From: Candidatus Yanofskybacteria bacterium
Lineage (GTDB): Bacteria > Patescibacteriota > Minisyncoccia > 2-02-FULL-40-12 > GWA2-44-9
NCBI GenBank assembly: GCA_016181045.1
Contig: JACPAB010000002.1
Location: forward strand, 1 to 59,125
Direction of reading: 5' to 3'
Length of the DNA stretch: 59,125 nucleotides
The position numbers and the translations under genes were made by a program. The notes beneath the pieces are model-generated. The model was given only the letters and a program-made list of their open reading frames with translations, ran no database searches and had not been told where the DNA came from. Below are positions 8,099-17,693 of the stretch, piece after piece (position 1 is the stretch's first letter; each line of letters begins with the position of its first letter).

Positions 8099-10009
8099 AT
8101 GAGGTTTTTCTATATAACACTGCTTATTCTCGGGGCGATACCGCTCGCGCCCAATTTGGCTTTTGCGGATATGCCTTCTGAATGTCCAGGGGTCATAGAG
8201 GACTACAATGTTATTGTAGATGGCGACGGAACTTCCGAGGATGATTTCATTACCATCAGCGACGATAACTCAACCAACATTGACGGTAAGGGTGGCAATG
8301 ACTGCATTGTTGTCGGCGCTGACAACTCCGGCAAGATAGAAGGAAGCGGAGGCGATGATGTAATAATTATCAGTAACAATAACTCCGGAAATATTTTGAG
8401 CGGAACAGGTGCCGATAAGATTACTGTTGGCAGCGGTAATTCTGGAAGGGTTGAGGGCAATGGAAGCAACGATGTTCTTGTGATCGGCAACAATAACGCT
8501 GGCTTTATAATGGGAGGCGCCGAAACGGACAGTATCAGTGTTGGCGATAACAACTCTGGAAAAGTTGAAGGTAACGGCGGAGCGGATACCATTCTGGTCG
8601 GAGTGGATAACTCGGGCGGTGTTTCTGGTGGAACAGAAACAGATAACATTACAATAGGCGACAATAATAGCGGAAAGGTAGAAAGTGAGGGGGGCGATGA
8701 CATTATAAATATAGGAAACAACAACAATGGACCTGTTCAGGGCGGTACGGGCATAGACATAATTACTATCGGGAACGATAACGGCGTAGACGGAGATGTT
8801 GAGCTTAACGGTGGGGACGATATCCTCAAAGTCGGAGAAAGAAATCGGGGCAATATAACCGGGGGAACCGGAGACGATACCGCAATTCACGGATATGGAA
8901 ATACCGGTGTTGTTGATGTTGAGAATGTGATAGCTATTCCACCGGCTCCGTCGGCAAGTCCTTTGCCTGGGACATTTAACTCTATCCAAAATATAACCCT
9001 GTCTTCCGACGGAGCGGAATCAATTTTTTATACCATAGACAGCACTATTCCGGATTGCGAGGAGGAAAACAGAATGCTTTACGAGGAACCGGTTCCGGTC
9101 TTATCGACCAAAACAATAACCGCTATCGCTTGTACGGAAGATGGGGAGTATTCTTCTCCTGTTGCTTCTTTTGCCTACACGATAGAACTTAAAATTGACC
9201 AGGCAGACCTGTCGTCTATCTTGGAAGCCGTATTCGTGCCGGCTCCAGACACCTCGCTTTCGCTTACTTCATCTTTGACCGTTTCTCAAGATCTAGAGAT
9301 AAATGCTACCGCTTCCGGAAGCAAAATTGTTCTTAGTGAAGCTACTATAATTACCCGCGCCGATGAGCAGGAGTTTGATGCCGCCACACTTGTTTCTTCC
9401 GAAACCGATATCGGTTTACTTTCCGGGCTTACGGAAGGCCAGGTTTTTGAAGGCGCCCTTCAGTGGGGTATTCCAAGCATTACTCTTGAGTTTAACCCCG
9501 CCATTACCATAAGTATTTTTGTGGGCACGGATTTGAATGGCCAGACGTTGAGTGTTGTCCGTTCCGCTACCGGTACCGACAGTTGGACCGATGACGGTAT
9601 TGTGTCGCCTGCAACTTGCGTCGTAAGCGCCGGAATATGTTCATTCCAGGCGATCAAGGCGTCTTATTACGCGATTTATACCTATACTCCGCCAGCTCCT
9701 CAACCGAGTAATTCCGGAGGTGGCGGCGGAACGATCTGGTTTCCGGCGTTATACGCCCCGGCTTCGACTCCCGCTCCCGAGACAATTTCCACACCGGTGG
9801 CTCCGGTTCTTGCGCCTGAACCAACTCCCGCATCTACTCTCGTAGTTGTTGCCGTTGTTCCTAAAAAAGTTGTTCAAGCAAAAATCAGTAAAGTTCAACC
9901 GACACAGGAACTTACTAAAATAAAAATAGTCGAACAGCCAACAGTTAAGAAAAATCTCTTGTCCAATATTTTTACCGTCATCCTCGGTCTCTTCCGCTGG
10001 CCATTCTAA
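8099..10009 (+). CDS. Secreted/surface protein with RTX-like Gly-Asp beta-roll repeats, chitobiase/Fn3-associated domain and Pro-rich C-terminus
   Basis: Signal peptide; about 10 repeats of GxGGxDxIxIGxNNSG; IFYTIDSTIP..YEEP..TITAIA; PAPEPTP linker; hydrophobic C-terminus. Confidence 0.75.
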   Translation: MRFFYITLLILGAIPLAPNLAFADMPSECPGVIEDYNVIVDGDGTSEDDFITISDDNSTNIDGKGGNDCIVVGADNSGKIEGSGGDDVIIISNNNSGNILSGTGADKITVGSGNSGRVEGNGSNDVLVIGNNNAGFIMGGAETDSISVGDNNSGKVEGNGGADTILVGVDNSGGVSGGTETDNITIGDNNSGKVESEGGDDIINIGNNNNGPVQGGTGIDIITIGNDNGVDGDVELNGGDDILKVGERNRGNITGGTGDDTAIHGYGNTGVVDVENVIAIPPAPSASPLPGTFNSIQNITLSSDGAESIFYTIDSTIPDCEEENRMLYEEPVPVLSTKTITAIACTEDGEYSSPVASFAYTIELKIDQADLSSILEAVFVPAPDTSLSLTSSLTVSQDLEINATASGSKIVLSEATIITRADEQEFDAATLVSSETDIGLLSGLTEGQVFEGALQWGIPSITLEFNPAITISIFVGTDLNGQTLSVVRSATGTDSWTDDGIVSPATCVVSAGICSFQAIKASYYAIYTYTPPAPQPSNSGGGGGTIWFPALYAPASTPAPETISTPVAPVLAPEPTPASTLVVVAVVPKKVVQAKISKVQPTQELTKIKIVEQPTVKKNLLSNIFTVILGLFRWPF

Positions 10010-10037
10010 AAAAGCCCCGCAGATGCGGGGCTTTTTT
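10008..10037 (+). terminator. Rho-independent terminator
   Basis: AAAAAGCCCCGCA-GA-TGCGGGGCTTTTTT. Confidence 0.75.
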
Positions 10038-10098
10038 ACTTCTTGATGAATCTTAAGCCCTTTGATATAGTAATGAGCAGGTTAAATACCTGACTACT

Positions 10099-10740
10099 AT
10101 GGAAAATGAAAATTCACAAAACGAGTATTTTTTAAAGAAAGAGGCGAAAGAAAAGGAAGTCCTTGCCAAAGAGTCAAAAAAGAAAATGAAGAAGTTTCTT
10201 GTTTGGGCGGTTATTTTGGTTGTTGTTGGTTTTGGCGCTTGGCGGGTGCTCGTGCCCATAGTTAATGCCCCGGATAACCCCGACACTCCCGAGGTCAAAG
10301 GGGATTTCTTCCCGGCCCAAACCAGACAGCATATTGCCATGGACGCGACCCATCCTGATTATAATTCCAATCCTCCGACCGGCGGCTGGCATTATGATAG
10401 CCCAGCCCGGGTGGGAATTTACGACAAAGAACTCGCTGACGAACAACTGTTACACAACCTCGAACACGGCCACGTGTTGATAGCTTATCGGCCGGACTTA
10501 GACGCGGAAACAATCGAAAAGCTGGCCGACATTGCCAAGTCATATGGCTCAAAAATTGTCATGGTGCCACGGGCCAAGAACGATAAACCGATTGCCCTGG
10601 CCGCATGGGAGTATCTTTTAAGGATCGACAGCTTTGACAAGATGCAGATAGAAGGGTTCATTAAAGCCCATAGGGGCAAGGGACCTGAAAACATACCCGC
10701 CATGAGTGAGCCGAGCTTTAAGGACTTTAGACAAAAATAA
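10099..10740 (+). CDS. DUF3105-family membrane-anchored protein
   Basis: YNSNPPTGGWH, LHNLEHGHV.IAY, IALAAW, GPE. Confidence 0.85.
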   Translation: MENENSQNEYFLKKEAKEKEVLAKESKKKMKKFLVWAVILVVVGFGAWRVLVPIVNAPDNPDTPEVKGDFFPAQTRQHIAMDATHPDYNSNPPTGGWHYDSPARVGIYDKELADEQLLHNLEHGHVLIAYRPDLDAETIEKLADIAKSYGSKIVMVPRAKNDKPIALAAWEYLLRIDSFDKMQIEGFIKAHRGKGPENIPAMSEPSFKDFRQK

Positions 10741-10762
10741 AAAATTATTATAGAATATAATC

Positions 10763-11494
10763 ATGGATGATATTCAAATAGAATTGGCGGTACAAAAAGA
10801 GCCCGAAAGTCCGAAAAATTGGTTTGACCCTTCGAAGTTTATTTTGCCAGGCGCAATACTGATCGCGGCCGTATTGATAAGCGGTTCGATAGTTTTCTAC
10901 AGTTTTAATGTTAGGGGCAATGCCGGGACTGCCGATATCAAGGGCGAAAAAGTTGATGTTTCCGTTGATGACGACCCGATGTTGGGTAATCCGAAGGCAA
11001 AAATAACTCTCGTAGAATTCAGCGACTTTCAGTGTCCTTTCTGCCGCTCGTTCTGGCGTGATACCTTGCCGCTCATAAAGTCAGAATACATAGATACCGG
11101 CAAAGTCAGATTTGTGTATCGCGATTTTCCTTTAAGTTTTCATCCTGGAGCAATGCCGGCCGCGCAAGCGGCTGAATGCGCGAGAGAACAAGACAAATTC
11201 TGGGAGATGCACGACAAGATATTCAGCGAGCAGGCCAAGCAGGGCTCCGGAACTATTCAGTTCCCCGAAACAGATATAAAGAAATGGGCCTCACAGATTT
11301 CCGGGCTGGACTTGAATAAATGGAACGAATGTATCGCTTCAAAAAAATATAAGTCAGAGGTGGAAAAGGATCTTAAGGACGGCACTGCTTATGGCGTTTC
11401 CGGCACGCCGACAGTGTTCATAAACGGTAAACCTGTTGTGGGAGCCCAGCCGTTCTCGGCATTCAAAGCGGAGATAGACGCACTTCTTAAATAG
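10763..11494 (+). CDS. DsbA-family thiol:disulfide oxidoreductase
   Basis: EFSDFQCPFC, YRDFPL, GVSGTPTVFING, GAQP. Confidence 0.92.
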   Translation: MDDIQIELAVQKEPESPKNWFDPSKFILPGAILIAAVLISGSIVFYSFNVRGNAGTADIKGEKVDVSVDDDPMLGNPKAKITLVEFSDFQCPFCRSFWRDTLPLIKSEYIDTGKVRFVYRDFPLSFHPGAMPAAQAAECAREQDKFWEMHDKIFSEQAKQGSGTIQFPETDIKKWASQISGLDLNKWNECIASKKYKSEVEKDLKDGTAYGVSGTPTVFINGKPVVGAQPFSAFKAEIDALLK

Positions 11495-11498
11495 AATT

Positions 11499-11951
11499 AT
11501 GAAAAAGATAGCAATTTCTTTGGTGGTTGTGGTAGTTGTTGTGGGAATCTGGCTAACGACCAGAAAAGCCAATGAGGTGGCCGGTCCTGTTTCAACACCT
11601 ACGCCGACATCGTCTGTTTCGCCGACCTTAAGCCCTAGTCCGACCCCTTCCCAGCAAAGCAATACCGTAATCTATACTGATTCCGGATATTCACCGGCTA
11701 CAATTACCATAAAGAAGGGCCAGACCGTTATCTGGAAGAACAACAGCTCAAAGCAGATGCGGACCGCTTCCGCGATACATCCGACTCACTCCGTTTATCC
11801 GACCACCGGAGGATGCGTGGGCAGCACTTTTGATGCTTGTATGGGCCTTCCTTCCGGCCAGGAATGGTCTTTCGGGTTTGAAAATGCCGGAACCTGGAAA
11901 TATCACAATCACATGAACCCGTCTCACACGGGAACCGTCGTGGTTGAATAA
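11499..11951 (+). CDS. Membrane-anchored cupredoxin (plastocyanin-like) protein
   Basis: YSPATITIKKGQTVIWKN, HPTH, GTWKYHNH...GTVVVE; PT-rich linker. Confidence 0.8.
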   Translation: MKKIAISLVVVVVVVGIWLTTRKANEVAGPVSTPTPTSSVSPTLSPSPTPSQQSNTVIYTDSGYSPATITIKKGQTVIWKNNSSKQMRTASAIHPTHSVYPTTGGCVGSTFDACMGLPSGQEWSFGFENAGTWKYHNHMNPSHTGTVVVE

Positions 11952-12135
11952 AAACAGGGTTTGTGCTATCATGTGGGAGTTGTAGGTATCTCGCTTCTCT
12001 AGTTGAGTCTTTTGGCTCTGATTAGTAGGAACCGACCCGCCTTCGCGGTCTCAACGGGCCTTGCCCGCTGAAGCCCGCTATGGCGAGGCGAAGGCGGGAG
12101 GTCGCTCCTACTTAAATTAAGTATTAGCATCAAAA

Positions 12136-12462
12136 ATGGCAAAAAGATTGTATATCGGTAACTTGTCTTATGACACTACCGATGATTCTTTGAGGAATGC
12201 TTTTGCGGAAGTGGGTCCGGTTGCATCGGCTTCGGTCATGAAGGACAGAATGTCCGGCCGATCCAGGGGCTTCGCTTTCGTAGAGATGGAGAATGACGAC
12301 GATGCTCCGAAGGCCATCGAAAGATGGAACGGACAGGAGCTCGACGGCAGAAAGCTCATCGTAAATGAGGCAAGACCGATGACCACCGACAGGCCGCCTC
12401 GCAGAGGTGGTTTCGGTGGAGGCGGAAGAGGTTTCGGTGGAGGCGGTCAGAGGGACTACTAA
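12136..12462 (+). CDS. RRM (RNP-1) RNA-binding protein with Gly-rich tail
   Basis: LYIGNLSY (RNP2), RGFAFVEM (RNP1), VNEARP, GGFGGG tail. Confidence 0.95.
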   Translation: MAKRLYIGNLSYDTTDDSLRNAFAEVGPVASASVMKDRMSGRSRGFAFVEMENDDDAPKAIERWNGQELDGRKLIVNEARPMTTDRPPRRGGFGGGGRGFGGGGQRDY

Positions 12463-12470
12463 AACCAAAC

Positions 12471-12499
12471 AAAAACCAGCTTGAGTAAAGCTGGTTTTT
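12471..12499 (+). terminator. Rho-independent terminator
   Basis: AAAAACCAGCTT-GAGTA-AAGCTGGTTTTT. Confidence 0.7.
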
Positions 12500-12655
12500 G
12501 TTTTAACTTAAGCTGGAGCTTCGCTCCAGTTGTGAACAGAGTTCCCTTGCTGTCGCCAGCCCGTGTCCCCAAAAAGAAGCAAATCTCTCGGAAGCATAAC
12601 AGGACTTCTTTATTGGGGCCCCTCGGGGGCGACGACGCGGGAGCCCACTCCGAGA

Positions 12656-13072
12656 ATGCAATTCAAATTTCCCAAAAACGACGAAAAATACTCCTGGACC
12701 AATCATGTCGGTCGGAAGATGATGTTTTACGGCTTGTCGGCTGATAGGATAAAAAGAGTAATGAGGAATCCCAAAAGGAGCGAAAAGGGCGTAGCTCCAG
12801 AAACCATTGCCGTGATGCAGCCCGCCGGAACCAAGTCGAGGCCATATGAGATCTGGGTAATGTATGCGACGCGAAAGGCGTCGCATACTCCGAGGCAGCA
12901 GCCGAGGAGTTACAGTAGGGAATCCCTCGGCCGCAGCCTCGGGACGATTGGCCCTTCGGCCAATCGAAAAGTCATCATTACCGCCTGGCGTTATCCGGGC
13001 AAAAGCCCGATTCGCGAAGCCATCCCCATTCCCGCTGATATTTTGGAAGAACTCAAAAATATAAAATATTAA
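12656..13072 (+). CDS. Conserved hypothetical protein (RelE/DUF4258-like pattern) with in-frame palindromic insertions
   Basis: WTNHVGRKM..YGLS..RIKRVMRNPKR..EIWVMY...IITAWRYPG; ATG at 12656. Confidence 0.65.
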   Translation: MQFKFPKNDEKYSWTNHVGRKMMFYGLSADRIKRVMRNPKRSEKGVAPETIAVMQPAGTKSRPYEIWVMYATRKASHTPRQQPRSYSRESLGRSLGTIGPSANRKVIITAWRYPGKSPIREAIPIPADILEELKNIKY

Positions 13073-13172
13073 TTTTCAATTTTCAAGCATCAATTTTCAA
13101 TAAATTCTTCAATGATACAATTGATCAATTGATACATTCACTGGAAATTGTAAATTGGTAATTGTTAAATTT

Positions 13173-14015
13173 ATGTCAAAGATTGGCTGCCATGTTTCCA
13201 TAGCGGGGGGAATTGTGAACGCGCCAAAGAGGGCGGCGGAGTTGGGATGCGAGTCGTTCCAGATGTTTACACGGTCTCCGCAAGGCGGCGCCGCGCCGGT
13301 CATTACCCCCGAGATAGCCAAGAGTTTTAGGGAGGAGATGGAAAAATGGAAGCAAGAAAATTGCTATATCCACACCCCTTATTACATTAATTTTGCTTCT
13401 TCGAATGAGGCCATCAGGCAGTCATCGGCAAGAATTGTAAGGGAAGAGTTGGAACGGGGGAGTTTAATAGGAGCCAAATATATAATGACCCATTTGGGAA
13501 GTTCAAAGGACTTTACCAGGCAAGAGGGCCTGAAAATGACCGCAGAAGGAGTGGGCCGAATTTTAGAAGGATATAAGGGAACCACCAAACTTCTTTTGGA
13601 AATATCCGCCGGGGCGGGGAATGTTATCGGAGATACCTTCGAAGAATTAAAATACATTCTTGATCGTATTGATATATTGATATATGGGTATGAAGTCGGT
13701 ATTTGTATTGATACCGCTCACATGTTTGCCTCCGGTTATGACATTAAGACGGAGGAGGGCTTCAAAAAGGTGGTCGCGGCAATAAAGAAAACCGTGGGGT
13801 TGGAAAGGATAAGGATTGTCCACGCCAATGATTCTAAGATAGAACTTGGCGGACGAAAAGACAGGCATGACCATATCGGCCAAGGTAAAATAGGCGAAGA
13901 GGGGTTTGTGAATTTGATGAGGGTTTTTCCGAAAGCGGACTTTGTTTGCGAGACCCAGCCCGACCTTGTGGAGAAAGATATAGCGAAACTTAAAGAAATT
14001 AGAGATACTATCTAA
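13173..14015 (+). CDS. nfo: Endonuclease IV (deoxyribonuclease IV)
   Basis: IGCHVSIAGG, QMFTRSP, HTPYYINFAS, THLGS, CIDTAHMFASGYD, HANDSK, DRHDHIGQG. Confidence 0.93.
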   Translation: MSKIGCHVSIAGGIVNAPKRAAELGCESFQMFTRSPQGGAAPVITPEIAKSFREEMEKWKQENCYIHTPYYINFASSNEAIRQSSARIVREELERGSLIGAKYIMTHLGSSKDFTRQEGLKMTAEGVGRILEGYKGTTKLLLEISAGAGNVIGDTFEELKYILDRIDILIYGYEVGICIDTAHMFASGYDIKTEEGFKKVVAAIKKTVGLERIRIVHANDSKIELGGRKDRHDHIGQGKIGEEGFVNLMRVFPKADFVCETQPDLVEKDIAKLKEIRDTI

Positions 14016-14016
14016 C

Positions 14017-14220
14017 ATGGATAATATTATATTAGGCATGGGCTTTTGGATATTTCTGGGAGCGGTCGCTGTTTGGTCTATGTTCTGGAAGGGTTGGGCG
14101 TTGTGGCGTTCGGCGCGGCTGGGGAGCAAAAAGTGGTTTGTGGTGTTGTTGTTGGTCAATACTTTGGGAGTTTTAGAAATTCTCTACCTGTACGTTTTTT
14201 CAAAGTATCGCAAGAATTAA
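14017..14220 (+). CDS. DUF5652-family small membrane protein
   Basis: WSMFWKGWALWRSAR..KKWFVVLLLVNTLGVLEILY. Confidence 0.85.
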   Translation: MDNIILGMGFWIFLGAVAVWSMFWKGWALWRSARLGSKKWFVVLLLVNTLGVLEILYLYVFSKYRKN

Positions 14221-14270
14221 TTTCTTAAAATAAAACACCCGCTCAACGAGCGGGTTACGTACGGGTTTGG

Positions 14271-14636
14271 TTAGGGTCGCCAGTTCGGTGGATAGCCTTC
14301 CACGCGTGGCATCTCACGCCACCAAGGCGCATCTGCCTCACACACAAAATTGTGTCCATTATACAGTGGGAGATAAGCGACGGGACGATAACCTTCCGGA
14401 GGACATTGGTCCGGTCGCGGTGGGTATTGAGGATCCTCACAACCATAACCACAAATGTCTTCTATTAACACGGGCCATACGAGCGGAACCACAACTGGAA
14501 CTGGTTGAATGATCGGACCTGGCTTAATAGTAAGCTGGGTTGGCGCTGTGGGATATCCGCAATTGAGCGTAAGTAAGGCGAAACTTAACATAAACAAAAC
14601 CTGTTTCTTGCCGGACGGGTTTTTAAGGGACGTCAT
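14271..14636 (-). CDS. Hypothetical lipoprotein-like, Pro/Cys-rich protein
   Basis: Lipobox-like LTLNC; GGGAGGG RBS upstream; hairpin near 14238-14256. Confidence 0.5.
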   Translation of the reverse strand: MTSLKNPSGKKQVLFMLSFALLTLNCGYPTAPTQLTIKPGPIIQPVPVVVPLVWPVLIEDICGYGCEDPQYPPRPDQCPPEGYRPVAYLPLYNGHNFVCEADAPWWREMPRVEGYPPNWRP

Positions 14637-14681
14637 TTTGTTTCCCTCCCTGGGTATTCTTACGCGCGTGAATATAATTAT

Positions 14682-15872
14682 CTAAACTTTGAATTTTGTC
14701 AAGAACCTCTTTTTGAATTCTTTGAACTTGCCTTTGGCTATAGAGTTTCTTATTTCTTCAAGTAAATTATTGAAGAACCACATATTGTGAATGGTGGCAT
14801 AACGCTTGGCCCGGTTTGTTAAAGTGGTCTGATCACCTTTAAACAGCGAGTGTAGTTTTGTTCTGGTTACTCCGGATTTGCAAATAGGACATCTACATCT
14901 CTTCTCAAGCGCTAAACCGGTACTTTGATATTTCCATATATCAAAGTGTCCTTGTTTTGTGTAAATTCTGCCGTGGCGGGCTTCTCTCGTCGGAATTACG
15001 CAGTCAAACAGGTCTATCCCTTGTTCAACGGCATTAAAGACGTCTTCTACCCTGCCGATGCCCAGAAGGTGTCTTGGTTTTTCTTCCGGCAGGTGCGGGA
15101 CGACCCATTTAAGCGTTTCAACCATCTCGTCTCCCGCCCGACCGGACGACCCCGGTCGTACGGGCAGGTTTCCGAAAGAACCGCCAATGCCGATTCCTTC
15201 AAATGGGAGCGAAGCGATGAATTTGGCGCTCTTAATGCGCAGGTCTTTGAATCTCCCGCCCTGGATTATGCCAAAAAGAATCCGGTCTTTTCTTTTCCGG
15301 GCTTTCAGGCACTCTTTAGCCCAGCGATGAGTTCTTTCAAGCGCTTTTTTGTTATATGCGTAGTTGTCTAAAGGCGAGGTGCATTCATCAAATGCGAATA
15401 TAATATCAGCGCCCAGTTTTTCCTGCAGTTTTATAGATAGTTCAGGTCCCAAAAATCTCTTTTTTCCATCAAGCATAAAGTAAACGCCTTTTTCGGTTAT
15501 CTTTACCCCATTAGAACTTGAGGTCGCCAAGGGCGACCTACTTCTAACGGGGCGCGTATTTTTTCTCAATATTTTACCGACCCCAAACTTATTGCCGAAT
15601 CCGAGCGAAAATACCTGAAAGCCGCCGCTGTCGGTCATTATCGGCATTTTAACCCCGAGAAGTTTGTGGACATTTGCTTTGCCCCGAAGATGATAAGTGT
15701 TGGCTATAACAACTTGGGTTTTGGTCTTTTTTATATCCGAAGGGCGAAGGCACTTTACTTCAGCATGGGTTGCGACGATAACATAAGACGGTGTTCGGAT
15801 CGTGCCGTGAGGCGTGCTTAAAACGCCCAGGCGGGCTTTTGTATCCTTATCTTTTTTTAGAATTTTGAACAT
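14682..15872 (-). CDS. tgt: tRNA-guanine transglycosylase
   Basis: ANTYHL, TDSGGFQVFSL, FDEC, GIIQGG, PRHLLGIG, FDCVIPTREARHG, CxCxxC, HN. Confidence 0.95.
   Translation of the reverse strand: MFKILKKDKDTKARLGVLSTPHGTIRTPSYVIVATHAEVKCLRPSDIKKTKTQVVIANTYHLRGKANVHKLLGVKMPIMTDSGGFQVFSLGFGNKFGVGKILRKNTRPVRSRSPLATSSSNGVKITEKGVYFMLDGKKRFLGPELSIKLQEKLGADIIFAFDECTSPLDNYAYNKKALERTHRWAKECLKARKRKDRILFGIIQGGRFKDLRIKSAKFIASLPFEGIGIGGSFGNLPVRPGSSGRAGDEMVETLKWVVPHLPEEKPRHLLGIGRVEDVFNAVEQGIDLFDCVIPTREARHGRIYTKQGHFDIWKYQSTGLALEKRCRCPICKSGVTRTKLHSLFKGDQTTLTNRAKRYATIHNMWFFNNLLEEIRNSIAKGKFKEFKKRFLTKFKV
15133..15168. repeat. Palindromic element inserted in frame in tgt (LPVRPGSSGRAG)
   Basis: CCCGCCCG..ACGAC-CCCG-GTCGT..CGGGCAGG hairpin. 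Confidence 0.7.
15506..15552. repeat. Palindromic element inserted in frame in tgt (PVRSRSPLATSSSNG)
   Basis: CCCCATTAGAA..AGGTCGCC-AAG-GGCGACCT..TTCTAACGGGG hairpin. Confidence 0.8.
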
Positions 15873-15905
15873 AATATTTTGTTAAAAATACCCCAAGCGG
15901 GGTAT

Positions 15906-16667
15906 TTATTCGGAATTGCTGTATTCGTGCCAGAATTGATGTGTTTGGTGTCTTTTTACGGGACTGAATAAAGACCAGAAACTCTTTCGCGGGTCCCGAT
16001 ATTGATATTTGGTTGCCGCGTTCATTTTTGCTACGAGCCCAAGTCCTTTCCAGTCCCGGATCTCTACCAGGAAATCAAATTTTTCCATATGGAACCAAGG
16101 CGATTCGTCAATAACTTCTTTGAGATGGCCACCTATCCTCCTAAGCGCGAGCGTCTCCTCGTCTACATACAAGACGCCGGTTATATTGTTGACTAAATAA
16201 TCAGCGTTCTCTTTTGCGAGAGGCGGGTCTTCTCTGGGCCAAAAATGGATCTTAAGGCAGGTTCTGCCGTCAAGGACCTCTCTTTCCGGGTTAATGGAGA
16301 AATAGAAGTGGCTTAAGAAAGCGTCCAGCAGTTTGTCAAAATCAAGCGGATTGGCGGCCGGTTCTGCTCCGGAAGGCCAAATGTCCACCAGCTCTTCAAC
16401 ATATTCTTTTCCGTTTTTCCCATCTTTGCCGTAGGCCTTGTAGACCATTTGCTTCTCAACCGATTTGAATTCGCCGTCATTATTCAGGTTCTCAATTCTG
16501 TGGGTCTTTTTGACAACAAGGGTGTCTTGCCTCGTTTTGTTGTCCTTCTTGGCCTTTTCGAATGTCTGCGTAACGATCCTAAGCGCGTGAATATCCTGGG
16601 TCTGGGCCATAACTCCCGACGGTATCAGAAAAGAAAGAAAAGCCACAAGCCAAAGCATTTTTCTCAA
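15906..16667 (-). CDS. Secreted hypothetical protein (LolA/MucB-like beta fold possible)
   Basis: Signal peptide ending VMA-Q; EVLDGRTCLKIHFWP...GVLYVDEET pattern. Confidence 0.6.
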   Translation of the reverse strand: MRKMLWLVAFLSFLIPSGVMAQTQDIHALRIVTQTFEKAKKDNKTRQDTLVVKKTHRIENLNNDGEFKSVEKQMVYKAYGKDGKNGKEYVEELVDIWPSGAEPAANPLDFDKLLDAFLSHFYFSINPEREVLDGRTCLKIHFWPREDPPLAKENADYLVNNITGVLYVDEETLALRRIGGHLKEVIDESPWFHMEKFDFLVEIRDWKGLGLVAKMNAATKYQYRDPRKSFWSLFSPVKRHQTHQFWHEYSNSE

Positions 16668-16755
16668 GATTTTCCTTATTTGTTGTAAAGAAACGATTGT
16701 CGGGAGAATAGCATGATTTTGAATTTATGGGAAGGCAGTATATAATAAGATAGTT

Positions 16756-16986
16756 ATGATTAAAATTTATACAACTCCCACTTGCGCTTACTGCAAGATG
16801 GCAAAAGAATATTTTAAGTCCAAGGGTATTGAATATGAAGAATTCGATGTCATGTCCGATGTCGCAAAGAGGGAAGAAATGGTCAAAAAATCCGGTCAAC
16901 TCGGCGTGCCGGTGATAGATATCGATGGGAAGATAGTTATGGGTTTCGACAAGCCGAAAATTAACCAATATTTAGGAATAAAATGA
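16756..16986 (+). CDS. Glutaredoxin-like protein (NrdH/YruB family)
   Basis: IYTTPTCAYC, GQLGVPVIDIDG, GFD. Confidence 0.92.
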   Translation: MIKIYTTPTCAYCKMAKEYFKSKGIEYEEFDVMSDVAKREEMVKKSGQLGVPVIDIDGKIVMGFDKPKINQYLGIK

Positions 16987-17594
16987 AAAAAGAATTAAAA
17001 CCATTATCGTATGACGCCGGAGCGTTGAAAGGCATCTCGCAGAAGACCGTCGAGATACATCACGGCAAGCTGTACAAGGGCTACGTGGATAAGTCCAACG
17101 AGATAAAGGAAAAACTCGGCTCTATAGTAAAAAGCGGGAAAGCCGAGGGCAATCAGATATACAGTGAACTTCGCGCGTTAAAGAACGGAGAGAGTTTCGC
17201 CAACAACGGCGCGTATCTCCACGAGAATTATTTTGCCATTCTTGGCGGCGACGGCGCGCCAAAAGGAGAGATTGTCGGGCGGCTGGCGGAACGATACGGC
17301 TCATTCGATGGTTTCAAGACATACTTTTCCGCTTGTGGTATGGCTGCGCGCGGGTGGGCGATACTTGCCTGGGATCTTCACGAGAAAGAATTGCGGATAT
17401 TCGCTTGCGATGCCCAAAATCACGGCGGCATCTGGGGAACAATACCGATAATCGCAATGGACGTATATGAGCATTCATATTTTATTGATGTCGGCTCCGA
17501 TCGCAAGGCCTACATCGAAGCGTTTTTCAACAATCTTAATTGGGACAAGATAGAGAAGTTTTATCAGCGAGCTAAAAAATATGATTGGGAATAA
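16983..17594 (+). CDS. Fe/Mn superoxide dismutase
   Basis: HHGKLYKGYV, LHENYF, GWAILAWD, MDVYEHSYFID, NLNW. Confidence 0.9.
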   Translation: MKKELKPLSYDAGALKGISQKTVEIHHGKLYKGYVDKSNEIKEKLGSIVKSGKAEGNQIYSELRALKNGESFANNGAYLHENYFAILGGDGAPKGEIVGRLAERYGSFDGFKTYFSACGMAARGWAILAWDLHEKELRIFACDAQNHGGIWGTIPIIAMDVYEHSYFIDVGSDRKAYIEAFFNNLNWDKIEKFYQRAKKYDWE

Positions 17595-17633
17595 GTTAAA
17601 ACCGGCTGTTGAGACCGGTTTTTAATTTTTTGG

Positions 17634-17663
17634 TTGACAAAATCTTTGCTTTCTGTATAGTAT
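17634..17663 (+). promoter_or_regulatory. Sigma70-type promoter
   Basis: TTGACA followed 16-18 nt later by TATAGT/TAGTAT, just after a terminator hairpin. Confidence 0.5.
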
Positions 17664-17693
17664 CTAACTATAAGTGAGATATTTAACAAGGAG

